DNA from: Phoronis australis
Lineage: Eukaryota > Animalia > Phoronida
Direction: 5' to 3'
DNA: 64,000 nucleotides
Assembly: GCA_002633005.1 (NCBI GenBank)
Contig: NMRA01000102.1
Location: forward strand, 511,511-575,510
Part shown: one piece after another, positions 51,444 through 64,000 of the stretch
Layout: every line of letters starts with the position of its first letter
Numbering within the stretch: the first letter of the stretch is position 1
Notes under the pieces: model-generated
Told to the model about the DNA's origin: nothing
Seen by the model: the letters and a program-made list of their open reading frames with translations, nothing else
The model's database searches: none
Made by a program: the position numbers and the translations under genes

Positions 51444-52335
51444 CTTTTTCTCTCTCAAGGTGTCGGACGATATTATGGATTCGTGCTTGAGCCCCTGTGA
51501 AATGATAACGTGCAAAACCCATAATTCCATACGTGAATCAGTGCTCATGTCTTGGTTCAGGCGTCTGTCGTAGACATACTCAGGGAATGAGAAGAAAAAG
51601 CATAATAAATCGTTCAGTTAGTGTAACAAATTTGGAATGTCGATGCAGTTTGAAATTCAGTAAAATTCTTCTCCCCAAACAGTACTCTTGCGCCTTGCGC
51701 CAAGTGTATTTATAAGGAGTCGGTGGCTCCCTCCAAAAGTGCTGAGCCCACCGGCTTTTTGCAAACAAAATAATACTTTGTAACCGCGTTCTGCACTCAA
51801 AAGTTTGCAGCAAGCTTGGAGACTCCGTGCGGCACTTGATCAGTGGGCAATCGGGACTAATATTTTGAAAGACGGCTGTGGGAAAAGAACGTCTACTTCG
51901 CGACATGAGATCCCCTTTGTGACGCATTCACGGAGGATTCTAACTATTATTAGAACACGTGACTTTGGCTAGATTTCAGCTGGGTCCTAGCGTAGGACTT
52001 ATCGTTACTGAACACACGCCTGGTATCCAAGAACCTCGCGAAAACGCAAGATAACACAAGACAGCGAGATGTCACCATGTTACAAGTCAAGCACGTGATC
52101 ACACGTGGGATCTTGGCAAGATTCTGGTTGCGTTTTCGGAGACCAGCCCTGGGTTGCGTTCCACAAATGCAAGAATTTGATGATGAAAGGTGGTAGAATC
52201 ACGAGATTCGCTTGCAATACATGGCGATATCGCGCAGTCTTGCGTTCCTGCGAATGCAGCTTGGTAACAGTGCGTTTGCTATGCATCATGCTGGCGCATA
52301 TCAACTCTTGCGGGGTCTTCGTGTCTAAGTTTTAG

Positions 52336-52721
52336 GAACTTTAAAATTAGCGCGTAAGTAAATAACGACATATCTATCCATCTATCCAACGTTTCGGTTT
52401 ATTACTCTAAACCATTGTCAAGGAAACAGTTCATAGACTCAAAACAGGCGACACAGGTAGAGAAGAGACTGCACAGGTACACGTCAAAATGCATTTTGAG
52501 GGGGAGAGACCAGAAATCATTTGAGCCCCAACTGTTTTGATTTCTGGTCTCTCCCCCTCACATAGCATTTTGACGAGTACCTGTACAGACTCTTCACTAC
52601 CTGTGTCGCTTGTTTTGAGTCTGTGAACTGTTTCATTGACAGTGGTTTAGAGTAATAAACCGAAACGTTGGATAGATGGATAGATATGTCGTTATTTACT
52701 TACGCGCTAATTTTAAAGTTC
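52336..52721. mobile_element. 386-bp foldback (about 184-bp arms) with Penelope-like/hammerhead-like terminal motif in the CYP intron
   Basis: Arms are near-perfect reverse complements around loop 52520-52537; each arm has TTGACA(G/A)T-GGTTT-AGAGTAAT-AAACC-GAAACGTTGG. Confidence 0.7.
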
Positions 52722-54035
52722 GTGCTTCTGTTCTGGCCTAAATCAAATGTGATCAATCGTCTAGGTTTTAGCTCAACTATTCTCTACTTTCAGGTAACAT
52801 TGTTTACATGGCTCTTCCGCACTGCACATCTTCTGACGTAGAACTTGGTGGATACAAGATTCCAGCCAAAACACCAATTATACCCAACTTGGTAGCAGTT
52901 AACTTGAACGAGAAGGATTTTCCTCAGCCGCACGTGTTTAGGCCTGAAAGATTTATAGATGGAAAGGGAAACTTTAAAAAGGAACTGTCAGAGAAGATAG
53001 TGTCGTTTGGCGTGGGTGAGGAATTGGTTGATCAATGTTTTTTGACTAATAACAACTGTGTTTAGTTAGACTACAGGCTGTAAAAAGAAATTAAAAGCTG
53101 ACATTTTCTCTCTCCATTTCCAGTCTTCTAATTTACTTATAGTTTTGACATCATAACCATTATAAAACCTTCTTTAAGTAGTATCTGAAGGAAATGGAAG
53201 ATGTCTATGCCTCAAAATATAGTCAAGCGGGTACACTAGAAATGAATATAAAGTTTGTGTTAAATTTACGCGAATTATTTAAATACAATGGTTTCCGCGT
53301 TGGGCAATAGGTATTTATATCCTTATGATTTCTAATCTGTCGGCATTTGGTTAGATGTACCTTATGTTTACTAAGAGGTGGATAATTGTTCTCACTAGGT
53401 AAACGCCTTTGCTTGGGAGAGGCCTTGGCCAGAATATAAATATTCTTGTTCTTCGCGTCCATGATACAGCAGTTCCGGTTTGAAGTGCCAAGGGGGATCC
53501 TCTGCCGTCTATGGTGGGAACAGCGACGTTCATCAACTCCCCAAATCCGTTTCTGCTGTCCGCCGTTAGTTTGGTTTGACTACGAGGAGGATGGGCAGGA
53601 TTTCACAATTTTTTTCCTAAATATCTTCTGACTTCATAATATAGATTTTCAAAAGGATCTATTGTAAAAGTCATCCGGCTACGGGCGTGCTTGAGTATTA
53701 AAAGCGGCTGCTGACTTTAAGCTGTCCACGTGTGTAGATTAGTCCATGAGCTGAAGATCAATGTAAAAGTGTGCACTTTTGCTGTTTTTTTGATCCTGAT
53801 ACAATGCAAGCAGTTATTAATGTGATGTCAGTCACTCAGCTCCTATTGGTGCCATGAGAGGTGACATGGGTTGGATTCACCCCAGATATAGTCGTCACAT
53901 AAATATGGTTCGTCTGTGGAATAGAATATAGAATTTTAATTGTAGAACACTTACCAGAAAAGTTTTTGAATGGGACTATAATCAAAACAGTTGAAATTTA
54001 AATTGCTCCTCGGAGATAAAAACAATTTTCAACTC

Positions 54036-54345
54036 TGGTCAGATATATCATATATTTGAATCCTTAATTAAATGCAACATCACTACATTACAAACAATGG
54101 TCAGATATATCATATATTTGAATCCTTAATTAAATGCAACATCACTACATTACAAACAATGGTCAGATATATCATATATTTGAATCCTAAATTAAATGCA
54201 ACATCACTACATTACAAACAATGGTCAGATATATCATATATTTGAATCCAACATTAAATGCAACATCACTACATTACAAACAATGGTCAGATATATCATA
54301 TATTTGAATCCAACATTAAATGCAACATCACTACATTACAAACAA
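54036..54345. repeat. 62-bp minisatellite x5
   Basis: TGGTCAGATATATCATATATTTGAATCC..TTAAATGCAACATCACTACATTACAAACAA at 62-bp period. Confidence 0.95.
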
Positions 54346-57300
54346 ATCTTATTAAGGCTGTGGTTGATGATTGGAAAAATACTGTTTATCAATCGCCTAA
54401 ATGAATAAGCTACAAATTTTTTAAAAAGTATTTTTTAAATAAAACTACTTACGTTTGACCAAATAACGCATATCACTTTTATTGTAATTTCGTTTTGGAA
54501 TTCTCACATTGAAACTGGTAGGTTTTGTAACAATGATCTCTGAAACAGATTTTTGTTTACTTTGTAATTTGCCGACCGGTCGACGGCCAGTCGTCGACCA
54601 ATTTCCGACCGGGCGGACAAAAATTCGTGATGTGTGCTGTACATGGTCGAACCGCGGACGCAAAAGAAACTAAAACCGTTTTTCGACTATTAACAAATAT
54701 TAACAACGCCTTTCCCATTGCGCTCCCTAAAACAAAATAATTTTTTTGTAAACCTCGCCAATCCTCAAATGCTTGGCGCAAATTTCGAATTCTCCTACAA
54801 ACTGTGTTAAGCAGACAAGTGTGACCTGGGCTTCAAGCGAGTTAACCAGCAACTGTAGGGAATGACCGCTATGGTGTTCCATTGCTGCCAAGATAAAATT
54901 AACATTAAAACAAAATTACTTTGTAGTTGAAACATGCTTTAAAAGAAAATATTGAATAAAAAGATTTTAAATATATTTTTGTTTTTAAAAGAAAAAATCA
55001 AAATATTTTGGAAAGTAAAACATATTTAAAAAAATACTGTCAAGCAATTTACAGTTTACTTACTCTAACTTTTAAAGTTCAAACGAAAATGAAATAGGCT
55101 AACAAAAATTATTCAGCATCAACTATCTTTGTGTGATTGTAAACATAATCACAAATGGACCGACAGTCCTGTGATAATTGACAGCGAGTGAACTATAACT
55201 CATCAGTGATCACCTCTTGCTGCTGAAAGTGGAAACGAAAAGCGAATGAGTTTTGTTTTTAATAGTGATTTTATTTTGGTTTTAAATATTAAAACAATTT
55301 ATATTTTCAAAACTGTTTTAGTTTCAAAATATTTTTAAAATTATCTGACTTTTTTATTAAACAATTTCACTTTAAAATTAGTTTCGTTTCGTTTCGTTTC
55401 ATTTTAAAACTTGCTTTACTTTCAAACCGCTTTTAAAATTGTTTTACATGTTTTTTTCGATTTCCTTTTTAAACACGTTTTAGTTTCAAATTGTTTTTTT
55501 CTTTTTAAAAACAAAGTATTTTCAAAATTGTTTTCCATCAGATTTTCGTTTTGAATATGTTTTACTTTAAAAATAACTTTCTTTTCTCTTAAAAATACTT
55601 TGTTTTGTTTAATTTTCTTTTCTTAGCAATTAGAGAGGCATGGAAAGCGAAAGGTCGTCAAAAATATCTTCCAAACAATTTCTGACGAAAGTTCCATCTC
55701 GCGACGTCTAATAGAGAGTATTTCACTTTCCCTGTGAGGACATTTCCAAAAAAACCACATTAAATTCACGATTTTTGAAATACGCACGAAGTAAAAACTA
55801 TGTGGTTACCAATTATCTCTCTCACACTGATGATAATGCGCGCATGCGCTCACAGTCATTTGCTTGAAGTCGCTTGACGACAAGGATCACATTTTCCATA
55901 TCAGGGAAATGTGTTACGTCTATGTCTTGCCTTACGAAATAAGAAGACGTGGTTTGCCTTGATGAAAAGGCGAGCAGTTGACATATCGTTATTTCGAAAG
56001 TTGAAACTAAAAGAAAGTGGTTTGACGTCAACAGAAATTAAAAATCTTTAGTAACAAACCTTATACCTTTTCAGCAGATTGAATTCAGTGGCAGAGAAGC
56101 ACTTTGGATATAGCAATTTAGGCTGTTTATCGAGATCAAGGCCTCTTTAAATTAAATTTAGCAGCACTGGGCCACCGTAGACCATCCCGCAAGGATATAA
56201 CAATCATTTTGTGACAAAGTGGTATGTGTTCTACTGGTAGTTGAATCCTGCCTTTTTCGTTCAAGTTGGGTGCCAATAGTTCATTGGCAGGAGACAGAAC
56301 GAGGATTGCTTGAAATCACCAGTGCTGGGTTTATATAAAGCAAACTTATCTGTCTTGCCATTAAGCAAAGTACGTTTTGGGCGTTAGTTTTACACCAAAA
56401 ATACAAATCCCCTTTTTCTTAGGGGTAATTTTAGCGTTAATAATCTCTGTTTCTCATGTAAGGCACGTGTCGATCGGTGTGCTTGGCTGTTACTTGACCT
56501 GCAGTGGGGAACATTTATTGTCTGACCATGATTGAATGCTAAGTAGAAGGCAATCACACGCACGATTTAGAGGCGAGATTGCGAACGTTGCCAGAGCTAC
56601 AGGCTATCCCGTACTGGTGTATAATATAACCAAACGTATTAATATGTTGTAACAGATCCAAATAAACTCCCATGATTTGCAAGACATAGATATACCAGAG
56701 ACGTGACCTCTGTCAACTTACCTAAAGCAATCCGTACACATATACTCCAGACAGTCTGAAGGTGTCCCTTGAAGTCTATAAATTTATTAGGCTACACGCT
56801 GGGGACTTCCTCCTAATTCTTTATTGCTCATGTAGTCTGCTGCGATACCAGCCCGATCACCTATCAGTTGCCACTCTGACGTCACCGTTCAGATGGTTGA
56901 TCTAATATACTGCTTCACGCTGTTTTTGCAAATGAGCACCGGTAACAACACAACGTACTTATCAACATGAAGGGACCAGTGCAACGAGTCTGTGGAACGA
57001 GCAACGAACCTGTATATAGTCACAGGCACCTTTAAGTAGCTCTCTACAATATAACATAATAAAGAGAAAGGTACACAGCTGACATTCAATATGGCCGTCT
57101 GCCGGCCACTTCCGGAATAACCCAAGCACGTCAAATCTGAGAGTGATTTAACTCAAACATTTTATCTGAGACAGCAACACGTTCGTTGCTTCCATTTGTT
57201 GACATCAAAACCAATAAATATCACAAATATTTCCAGATCTTCCTAGTTCAATCGTCAACATTCACGACAAAGAGAAAAGCAAGAAGGCCTCATATCAGTT

Positions 57301-60300
57301 TCGTCTAATGCGCATGCTCATAAGGCCCCTCGCGACATCTTCAGAGCGCTTACATCAACTTTGGCTTTGTTCATCTCTAGAAAACAACGTCAACTGCCTT
57401 CACAAAAATGTGGTCGATGGACGAAAAAGCTCCGCCGGATCCTCGGAAAAAGTGGGGTGAAATTTAAAAAGCTGCTAGTACCTATTCATTCATATTTCAA
57501 TATATTCACAGTTGTGCAGGATTGTGACGAGACCTCTGAGTTCAGCTACATGAGCTAGTACTCGTAACGAGTGGCACTGGTAAACGAAAGTAAAACATAA
57601 ATAATACCAAAACTTAGTGATTTACGTTGACTTTGGGCTACGGTGAATTAAGGTGCACCAGTGCAAACAGTAGTGTCTTTGTTTTTGTTCATCATTTTTC
57701 TTAACACTTTTACTAAACCTGGAACATGACTAATTTTCGGAGCAAGAGTGGCGACAAAGTTGAGGCGACTTTTGCTGTTTTTTTCTTTTTATCAGCAGAG
57801 TCGTGACAACAAAATTTCTTTTTTTGAAGTTAGTTCAACCAAAGCACACACAATTTTCAAAATTTGATACGATTCATGATCCAAAATTGCTGCATTTTGC
57901 ATTATTCTTCCTTGCAGATACTCTTAACATGCTCGCATTCATGATGAAACAGGATAGCATGATCAAGATCATTTGTGTTCAAGGTGTTCGTACTACTTGT
58001 TCAGTTCTGCAGAAGGAAACAAATTTTGATGAATATTTATAGTTTTGCAGTGTTCTCAGTTATGGGAGTCCAGCAGACTGGGGATGTTTCTATCCTGAAC
58101 CTTACTATACCAACAAAATGCAATCCTTGTAACGCTAACTTAATCCAGTTGCATAACCGAAAACGACCCACTTCAAAAGAAAGGTCATTATTGACGCCAT
58201 GTTGGTTTTATTTACTCTCTTACCGTTCCATGCACCTCTTTGTTGATCGTTCTATTCTGATACTCGCAAAGGTTGCTGGGAAATTGTTGGTGTTTGGATG
58301 AGATTCCCCAGGATAACGCCTGTAAGGCGATGCGTTTGGATGTGATAGACATCCAGCTGTAGGTTTTGACTAGCATTTGGCGACTTAGTAGCGTGAACAA
58401 GTACAGGTTATCAAATGTCATTAATAAGATAAGTAAATAGTTATCAATGTTTAATCTTATGCGGTACAGAAACAACGCACGATCCAAAAGTCGTTGATAA
58501 AATGGTGAAAACTTTTTTAGTGAGTTCACCTGATTATTCATTTCCTTAACATGGCCAGTAGGTGTTTTTGTCTTTTCAATTATCTAATTTTCCAAATTTT
58601 CAGATCAGCCTCTTTATTTTCTGTAATTTCCGAAAGAGCTTCCTCGTGTCTGTCGTGTAGTCTACCCCTGCACAGTTGTTATTAATAACCACGAAAACCA
58701 ACTCATCTCCTTCTGCTGCTCTTCCCTCTTTGATATGAGTCATTGCTTACACTTAATCTCAATCCAGAATCCCAGAACAAACGCAATCGATTAGAATATG
58801 AGCAAACCAGTAGCTTATCAAATGCCTCAGCTATCATCAAAATTCGACTAAAGGTATCTGTTTTTTAAAAAGATGTGGTCAGTTCGAATTGCATTTTACA
58901 TGAAAGGTTGGTTGAATCCTATTTTGTAAAACAAAGATTAGTTATTTTTAAAGCGACAATATAACCGCCTATGGTAGTCAAAAGTTTAGCCTCGGTCAAT
59001 TTTCTGACATTAACTGCTTCAAATTATTCCTTATTCAGATGGCGAATGATATCCTAGCTACGAAGAACTGTCCGTTCGGTAGTGCTTGAGTGAGACCATG
59101 TTTGTCTTTAAAAAGACATGCCGTGACAAGACAACTTATCTACTTTCACCAATACCGCACTGTCAGTTCTAACCAAGCTCAAGAATCGAGTGAGGACCAA
59201 TTTAGTATCAGATTTATAGCGGTGGCCGTAAATTACAATTTTTGACGGACGGTGGGTTTATCAATGGTTTTAGTATTTTTTTTAAATGTTGATTTTATTT
59301 TATTTAATATGCGCGTAAATATGAAACGATGCATTTTCGAAGAACAGAACGTCCACCGTTTGCTGTCTTTCCTATACGCCCATGCGTCTAAGTTTCGCTT
59401 ATAGACGCACGGGGAGTCCTTTATATGACCGCATGTAATGCAGTGGATTCAGGCAGGCACACTGTCTTCCACAAAACAGTATAATCTTCCCTGTGCTTCA
59501 CATATTTAATAACCGTCGTTGCTCGACTAGCTTACCTAGATTATAATTCACATTCGACATTCCAATACCCACAGGTGAAGCTAGTTCTTAAAAGAAACTA
59601 GCTGTTTGATAGGTGGTAGGTTTAACAGGTAACACACGGCTTCAGTGACTGTGTCATGAATGAACGCAAAATATTTAATTTGGAATTAATTTTTACAAAT
59701 CAGCAAAGAATGAGCACATTAATTGGGCCAGAAAAATATGGCACGGGTATCATGCTCATACATGTAAGTTTTGAAGAAGAAATAGCAATAGCGGGGTTTG
59801 CGAACCACTATGGTTCACGTTATTCATGGGGGCATTGGAGAAAATTATTTCTCAAAATGCACGATCCCTGTAAGTGACTATAACCCGTAAATAATTGTCA
59901 TGATTTAATCCATGACAAAACTTTCTCAATAAAACCGGCGAAAAGGTCTACGATTTCCAACTGAAAAGCAAATGTACGTACTTAAGCTGGACGCGAACTA
60001 ATGTGCAAATACGCGTATGTACACGTGCATCGAGTGTTTATCACTGCCAAGAATGTCCACTGCATTCCACAAGCCAAAGAGCACTGCGTATTTTTTAATA
60101 ATTGAGTGTTCCAGAAGATCAGTTTCAAGAATGGTTTTACTTAGCCCGTTCGTTGTTTTCATAAGCCCACAAATACGCAGTAGATTTGGAGAAAGTAGTA
60201 GAGTCTTTGTTCTGGACTGTCTCATGCAAGCGGCATGACAGCGTTTTCCCGTTCATTGACTTTACCAGACGTAGAGGCTGGTGATCGTGTGGTATCATCT

Positions 60301-60407
60301 AGCTTCTTTGTTAACTGCAAAGCACAGTCTTTTGTATGGCAATAGGCAGGTCAATTATCTACCAGGGTTGTCACAGAGCACGTGTGAACAAAGTCAAACC
60401 CAGAGGG

Positions 60408-61449
60408 AATAGCGGAGTTGCAACGCCGCCATATTGGAAATGGGTCAGAATGTTGCATTGTGGTTACAATGGTAAACTTCAGTAAACAAGTATGTTGGCA
60501 ACCGTGCGGGCGAACGGGCTACGGGGAGGTTATACGTGTTGTGTGCCTGGCATGCTATAATACCAGTTAGCGAAATAAAAAAATTAGTTACTACCTGTTT
60601 CCCAAGGATCAAGAACTGCGTTAAACATGGGTCAGAGACATCGGTAGAGCTGGTAGCAAAGGCCGACTTCGTGAATTCTTTCCGACTTCGTAGCATAAAG
60701 TGTGCAGCGCTCATTTTGAGGGCGGCAAGAAAACGTATCTTAGAAACTGCCCAACAATATCTCCCTTCAAAGAAACAGTAACAAATACTCCACGGCGGTT
60801 GGTAGTNNNNNNNNNNNNNNNNNNNNNNNNNNNNNNNNNNNNNNNNNNNNNNNNNNNNNNNNNNNNNNNNNNNNNNNNNNNNNNNNNNNNNNNNNNNNNN
60901 NNNNNNNNNNNNNNNNNNNNNNNNNNNNNNNNNNNNNNNNNNNNNNNNNNNNNNNNNNNNNNNNNNNNNNNNNNNNNNNNNNNNNNNNNNNNNNNNNNNN
61001 NNNNNNNNNNNNNNNNNNNNNNNNNNNNNNNNNNNNNNNNNNNNNNNNNNNNNNNNNNNNNNNNNNNNNNNNNNNNNNNNNNNNNNNNNNNNNNNNNNNN
61101 NNNNNNNNNNNNNNNNNNNNNNNNNNNNNNNNNNNNNNNNNNNNNNNNNNNNNNNNNNNNNNNNNNNNNNNNNNNNNNNNNNNNNNNNNNNNNNNNNNNN
61201 NNNNNNNNNNNNNNNNNNNNNNNNNNNNNNNNNNNNNNNNNNNGTTGGGGCACTTGTTGAGCCATGGGCGCTAATTAGGGCGAATAGCGGCAGAATTACA
61301 TACAGCAGTGTAGTTTAATGCACACAAATTACACGTCGTGCAAACCAGTCGGCCATCCCGTTTACCATCAACAATCCCAGTAGCCTTTGCGCACCCTAAT
61401 TTCCGGACATGCGCAATCGTTAAATCGATTCAGTTACAACTCCGCTATT
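60408..61449 (+). mobile_element. TIR DNA transposon remnant carrying a disrupted THAP11/Ronin-like THAP domain; spans the assembly gap
   Basis: TIR AATAGCGGAGTTGCAAC (60408) versus GTTACAACTCCGCTATT (61433-61449); [51 protein letters not shown] at 60528-60770. Confidence 0.65.
60807..61244. other. Assembly gap (N run)
   Basis: Run of N bases. Confidence 0.99.
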
Positions 61450-62371
61450 GGTACGTTCGGAAAGAATAGATTGTCGTAACTTCGGTTGTAGTTGGGCGAT
61501 TTTGGTGATTCAAAAACTGTACATGATCACCATTTGAAGAGAATTTCAAAAATGCAATTGGTTTATGTTCAAATATGTTATAACTTAAATTCTATTATAA
61601 CAAAACAGCCCAGTCAGGCTAGAAAAAAGAGAGCTGGCCCTCCAACCATGAATGCCAGAATGGAGTTAATCAGTCGTGTAAGATATTGACTAAAGGGATC
61701 ATCTTCCCATCTTGTTGTTGAGCTAAAGATGTGAGCAACAGGAAAACGCCGTAATGGGAACAGGTCCCTTATGTCCAATGTGATCCAGTAGGAGCAACTG
61801 GCTATTTTAGACAATAGCAAGTTTTAACATATGAAAGCATTTATTTTCAAAATATTTTGTAAGCACAGAAACATAGAAACATAATCAATAAAAACACAAA
61901 TGGAACCCAGTATAAGCCGGTGTCATATAGCACAAGGTTTAGCCGTCTTTGCCCTTAAGTGTACCTACATGTATACTGGATATTGTAAAACAGAATAGCA
62001 AATTCCTAAAGTGGATTTGTGAAATTATACGATCCGTTATAAGACGGCAAACGTTTAAATGAAGCCATATTTTAAAGCACTAACCACAACATAACAAACA
62101 TTAAGAAAGGACAACACCATGGATAACACTCAGGGTAAGACTTGTACAAATATAAGAGATAGTCGCCTGGTCATTGGTTGCGCCAAGTTCGCCTACTCAG
62201 CTCTCCTTTTCATCTTTTGCTACTGCTAAAATCTGCAATTGATGCGACCAAACCTCGGGCGAAATGTAGGCTTGCGCGGTAAGGAGGACTGATCAACTCC
62301 GTGAAAAGTACTCCTTGTGCACATGTACATGTCCTTATTTCGAAAACAACAGCAATAGTACAATTCTTAGT

Positions 62372-64000
62372 TTACATGGTAGCTTCTAAGTTATTTAACT
62401 CAGTGTCGTTGGTGTAATCGCTACCTCCAGTCGCAGAGGATTTCCGGTGACCGTCGGTGAAATATGGCGCACGATTGGAGCTCTTTTTCCTCGAAAAAAT
62501 ATTCCTGTATTTCAAAAATATAGTTTTTCTACAGACGTAAGCAAGGAATATGAAGAATCCTTGCACTGAGTTGAAAATGATGAATAAATACCATAGCACA
62601 AGACTTCCAGTAAGAGCCGCTAGGTAGCCAAATATCCATGTGCTTCCCATAACAGTAGAAAGTTTAACTGTTATCAAAAACACGCGGCTAATTTCACCGC
62701 TGTTCTTGACGTGCTTTCTAACTTGACGCTTGGTTCTTATAAACTGGATAATCGTGAACACGATGAAAATGATATTAACGAATATGATACTCGCTAAGGG
62801 CATCGCAAAACCATAAAGAATTGATTCGTAACCCGAAATCCAACACCTCTCCTCATCTGCGTATTGGAAAGGTATATCAGTGGCGAACTCCAGCGTAACA
62901 CACGTGGCAATTATCAATGAAGGGCTTAGTACAGAATACAGCATATACTTATAAATTGCATGCGGAGACGGTTGCCGCTTCTCCATAATTTTTTGAAACG
63001 TTCTGAAAATACAAAAACACATACTGTTCATCCAAAAGAACGCGCACAACCACAGGAAATGTTCAACTATGGCCACTATCTTACATAATGCTGGAAATTC
63101 AGTACAATCAATTGCAGTTAACATTATCAATTGCGCCATGAAAAGTGTTATAGCGAGGTTCATCATAATTTGACCAGGCAGTGTTCGAAGTTCATTGAAA
63201 AGTGCGTACGTCAGCACAAATAACGTTAGACCACATAAACTGATCACGTTTCCAGCGAGCGTCAGTTTGTACTGAGTTTCGTTGTATTCAAAAAAACGAA
63301 GACCAGTCACATTTGTGAACGGATTGCACACATACAGTAAGTTGCCTTGAATGAAGTAGTCACCTGGCTGAAACGATAAACCAGAGTTTACATATGCAAC
63401 TCCGTCTTTCAGTTCATACTCGTCATCAGTGTATGTGATCATTGGACACTTGAAATAGAAAGAATCGTTGGCAGTAATGTTATTCAAAGAAGTATTGTTC
63501 AAGCTCGTAATATTAATACGTCCTTCACCACACGATCCATCAAGCAATCTATGTTCCTTCGGTGGACAAACTAGTGGCCGACATTTCTGTGCCTGCTGGT
63601 CATAGAATCCGTTTTCGGAACATTTTGGAGAGGACGCAAGTATCTTCGGACTAAACTCGTCACTCATCCCTGTGAAATCTATTAGATGAGAAAAACTGGA
63701 CAACCCTTCATTGGGAAGTGGACGGGGATCGAAGCAGAATAACCTTGGCCAGCCCCCAACTGGACAACGCGCGAATTGTAACTTAACGCTATCATTAGTA
63801 TCTGGAAAGTAGTCTGAAAAATACATGTATCTCGAGCATTCTTTTCTGTTACGTGGGCAACGTTTCGTGCATTTTGTGATCTTGGGTTCTACCTGTACAT
63901 TGCAATGGTGAGCAAGCGATGGTGTCTTAGTCAATATTCTAAAATACCCTGACTTGTAGATCGATCGTAACCGTGCTGAGACGGTGCGGTTTTGCAGAAA
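62372..64000 (-). CDS. Family B (secretin-like 7TM) GPCR, adhesion/Methuselah-like, with Cys-rich ectodomain; 5' end outside window
   Basis: TY..F.ELRTLPG..MNL, C..VA..EHFLWL..FFWMN, CWI, FAMP, MGSTWIFG, FNSVQGFFIF; frame stays open from 63934 to the window end. Confidence 0.92.
   Translation of the reverse strand, partial: FLQNRTVSARLRSIYKSGYFRILTKTPSLAHHCNVQVEPKITKCTKRCPRNRKECSRYMYFSDYFPDTNDSVKLQFARCPVGGWPRLFCFDPRPLPNEGLSSFSHLIDFTGMSDEFSPKILASSPKCSENGFYDQQAQKCRPLVCPPKEHRLLDGSCGEGRINITSLNNTSLNNITANDSFYFKCPMITYTDDEYELKDGVAYVNSGLSFQPGDYFIQGNLLYVCNPFTNVTGLRFFEYNETQYKLTLAGNVISLCGLTLFVLTYALFNELRTLPGQIMMNLAITLFMAQLIMLTAIDCTEFPALCKIVAIVEHFLWLCAFFWMNSMCFCIFRTFQKIMEKRQPSPHAIYKYMLYSVLSPSLIIATCVTLEFATDIPFQYADEERCWISGYESILYGFAMPLASIIFVNIIFIVFTIIQFIRTKRQVRKHVKNSGEISRVFLITVKLSTVMGSTWIFGYLAALTGSLVLWYLFIIFNSVQGFFIFLAYVCRKTIFLKYRNIFSRKKSSNRAPYFTDGHRKSSATGGSDYTNDTELNNLEATM

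Larger units (their letters stand above)
50060..53570 (+). pseudogene. Cytochrome P450 (CYP2 clan) pseudogene; only the three C-terminal exons found (50060-50284, 52794-53015, 53399-about 53570)
   Basis: I-helix SGTETT, K-helix EVLR, PERF, heme motif FGVG|KRLCLG; in-frame TAA at 53437-53439 replaces the conserved Glu of ARxELFL and a frameshift follows at about 53490; no N-terminal exons detected. Confidence 0.85.

Noticed and set aside
56600-58650. Possible highly decayed TRIM/B-box-like coding relic on the minus strand (HHECEHVKSIC)
   Set aside because: Too many stops and frameshifts to support by eye.
60700-61265. 184-186-aa ORFs in the track
   Set aside because: Length is an artefact of the N gap.

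Overview
Eukaryotic (metazoan, probably marine invertebrate bilaterian) intron-rich genomic DNA, AT-rich, with one assembly gap (~60807-61244). Host genes that can be read from the sequence: the 5' two coding exons of DNAAF2/kintoun (minus strand, continues left of the window); an intronless fukutin-related protein (FKRP/LicD-family) gene; a complete five-coding-exon CRAL-TRIO (RLBP1/clavesin-like) gene spanning 14048-32338 (~295 aa); a truncated, disabled CYP2-clan cytochrome P450; and the 3' part of a single-exon family-B (adhesion/Methuselah-like) GPCR running off the right edge. Most of the rest is transposon debris: Academ-type transposase relic, several LINE fragments, a Helentron-associated (HINE/DINE-like) element, a MITE family with 5-bp target-site duplications, THAP relics, foldbacks and minisatellites. 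Most interesting unexplained signals: a ~400-nt GC-rich, extensively base-paired non-coding segment head-to-head with DNAAF2 behind a perfect heat-shock element; a HINE whose ~147-bp internal repeats each carry a same-orientation CTCF-like motif; a TIR element carrying a THAP11/Ronin-like THAP domain; a tRNA-Gly-like cassette inside a MITE; and a candidate micro-exon gene for a small membrane protein. All assignments were made by eye, without database searches.
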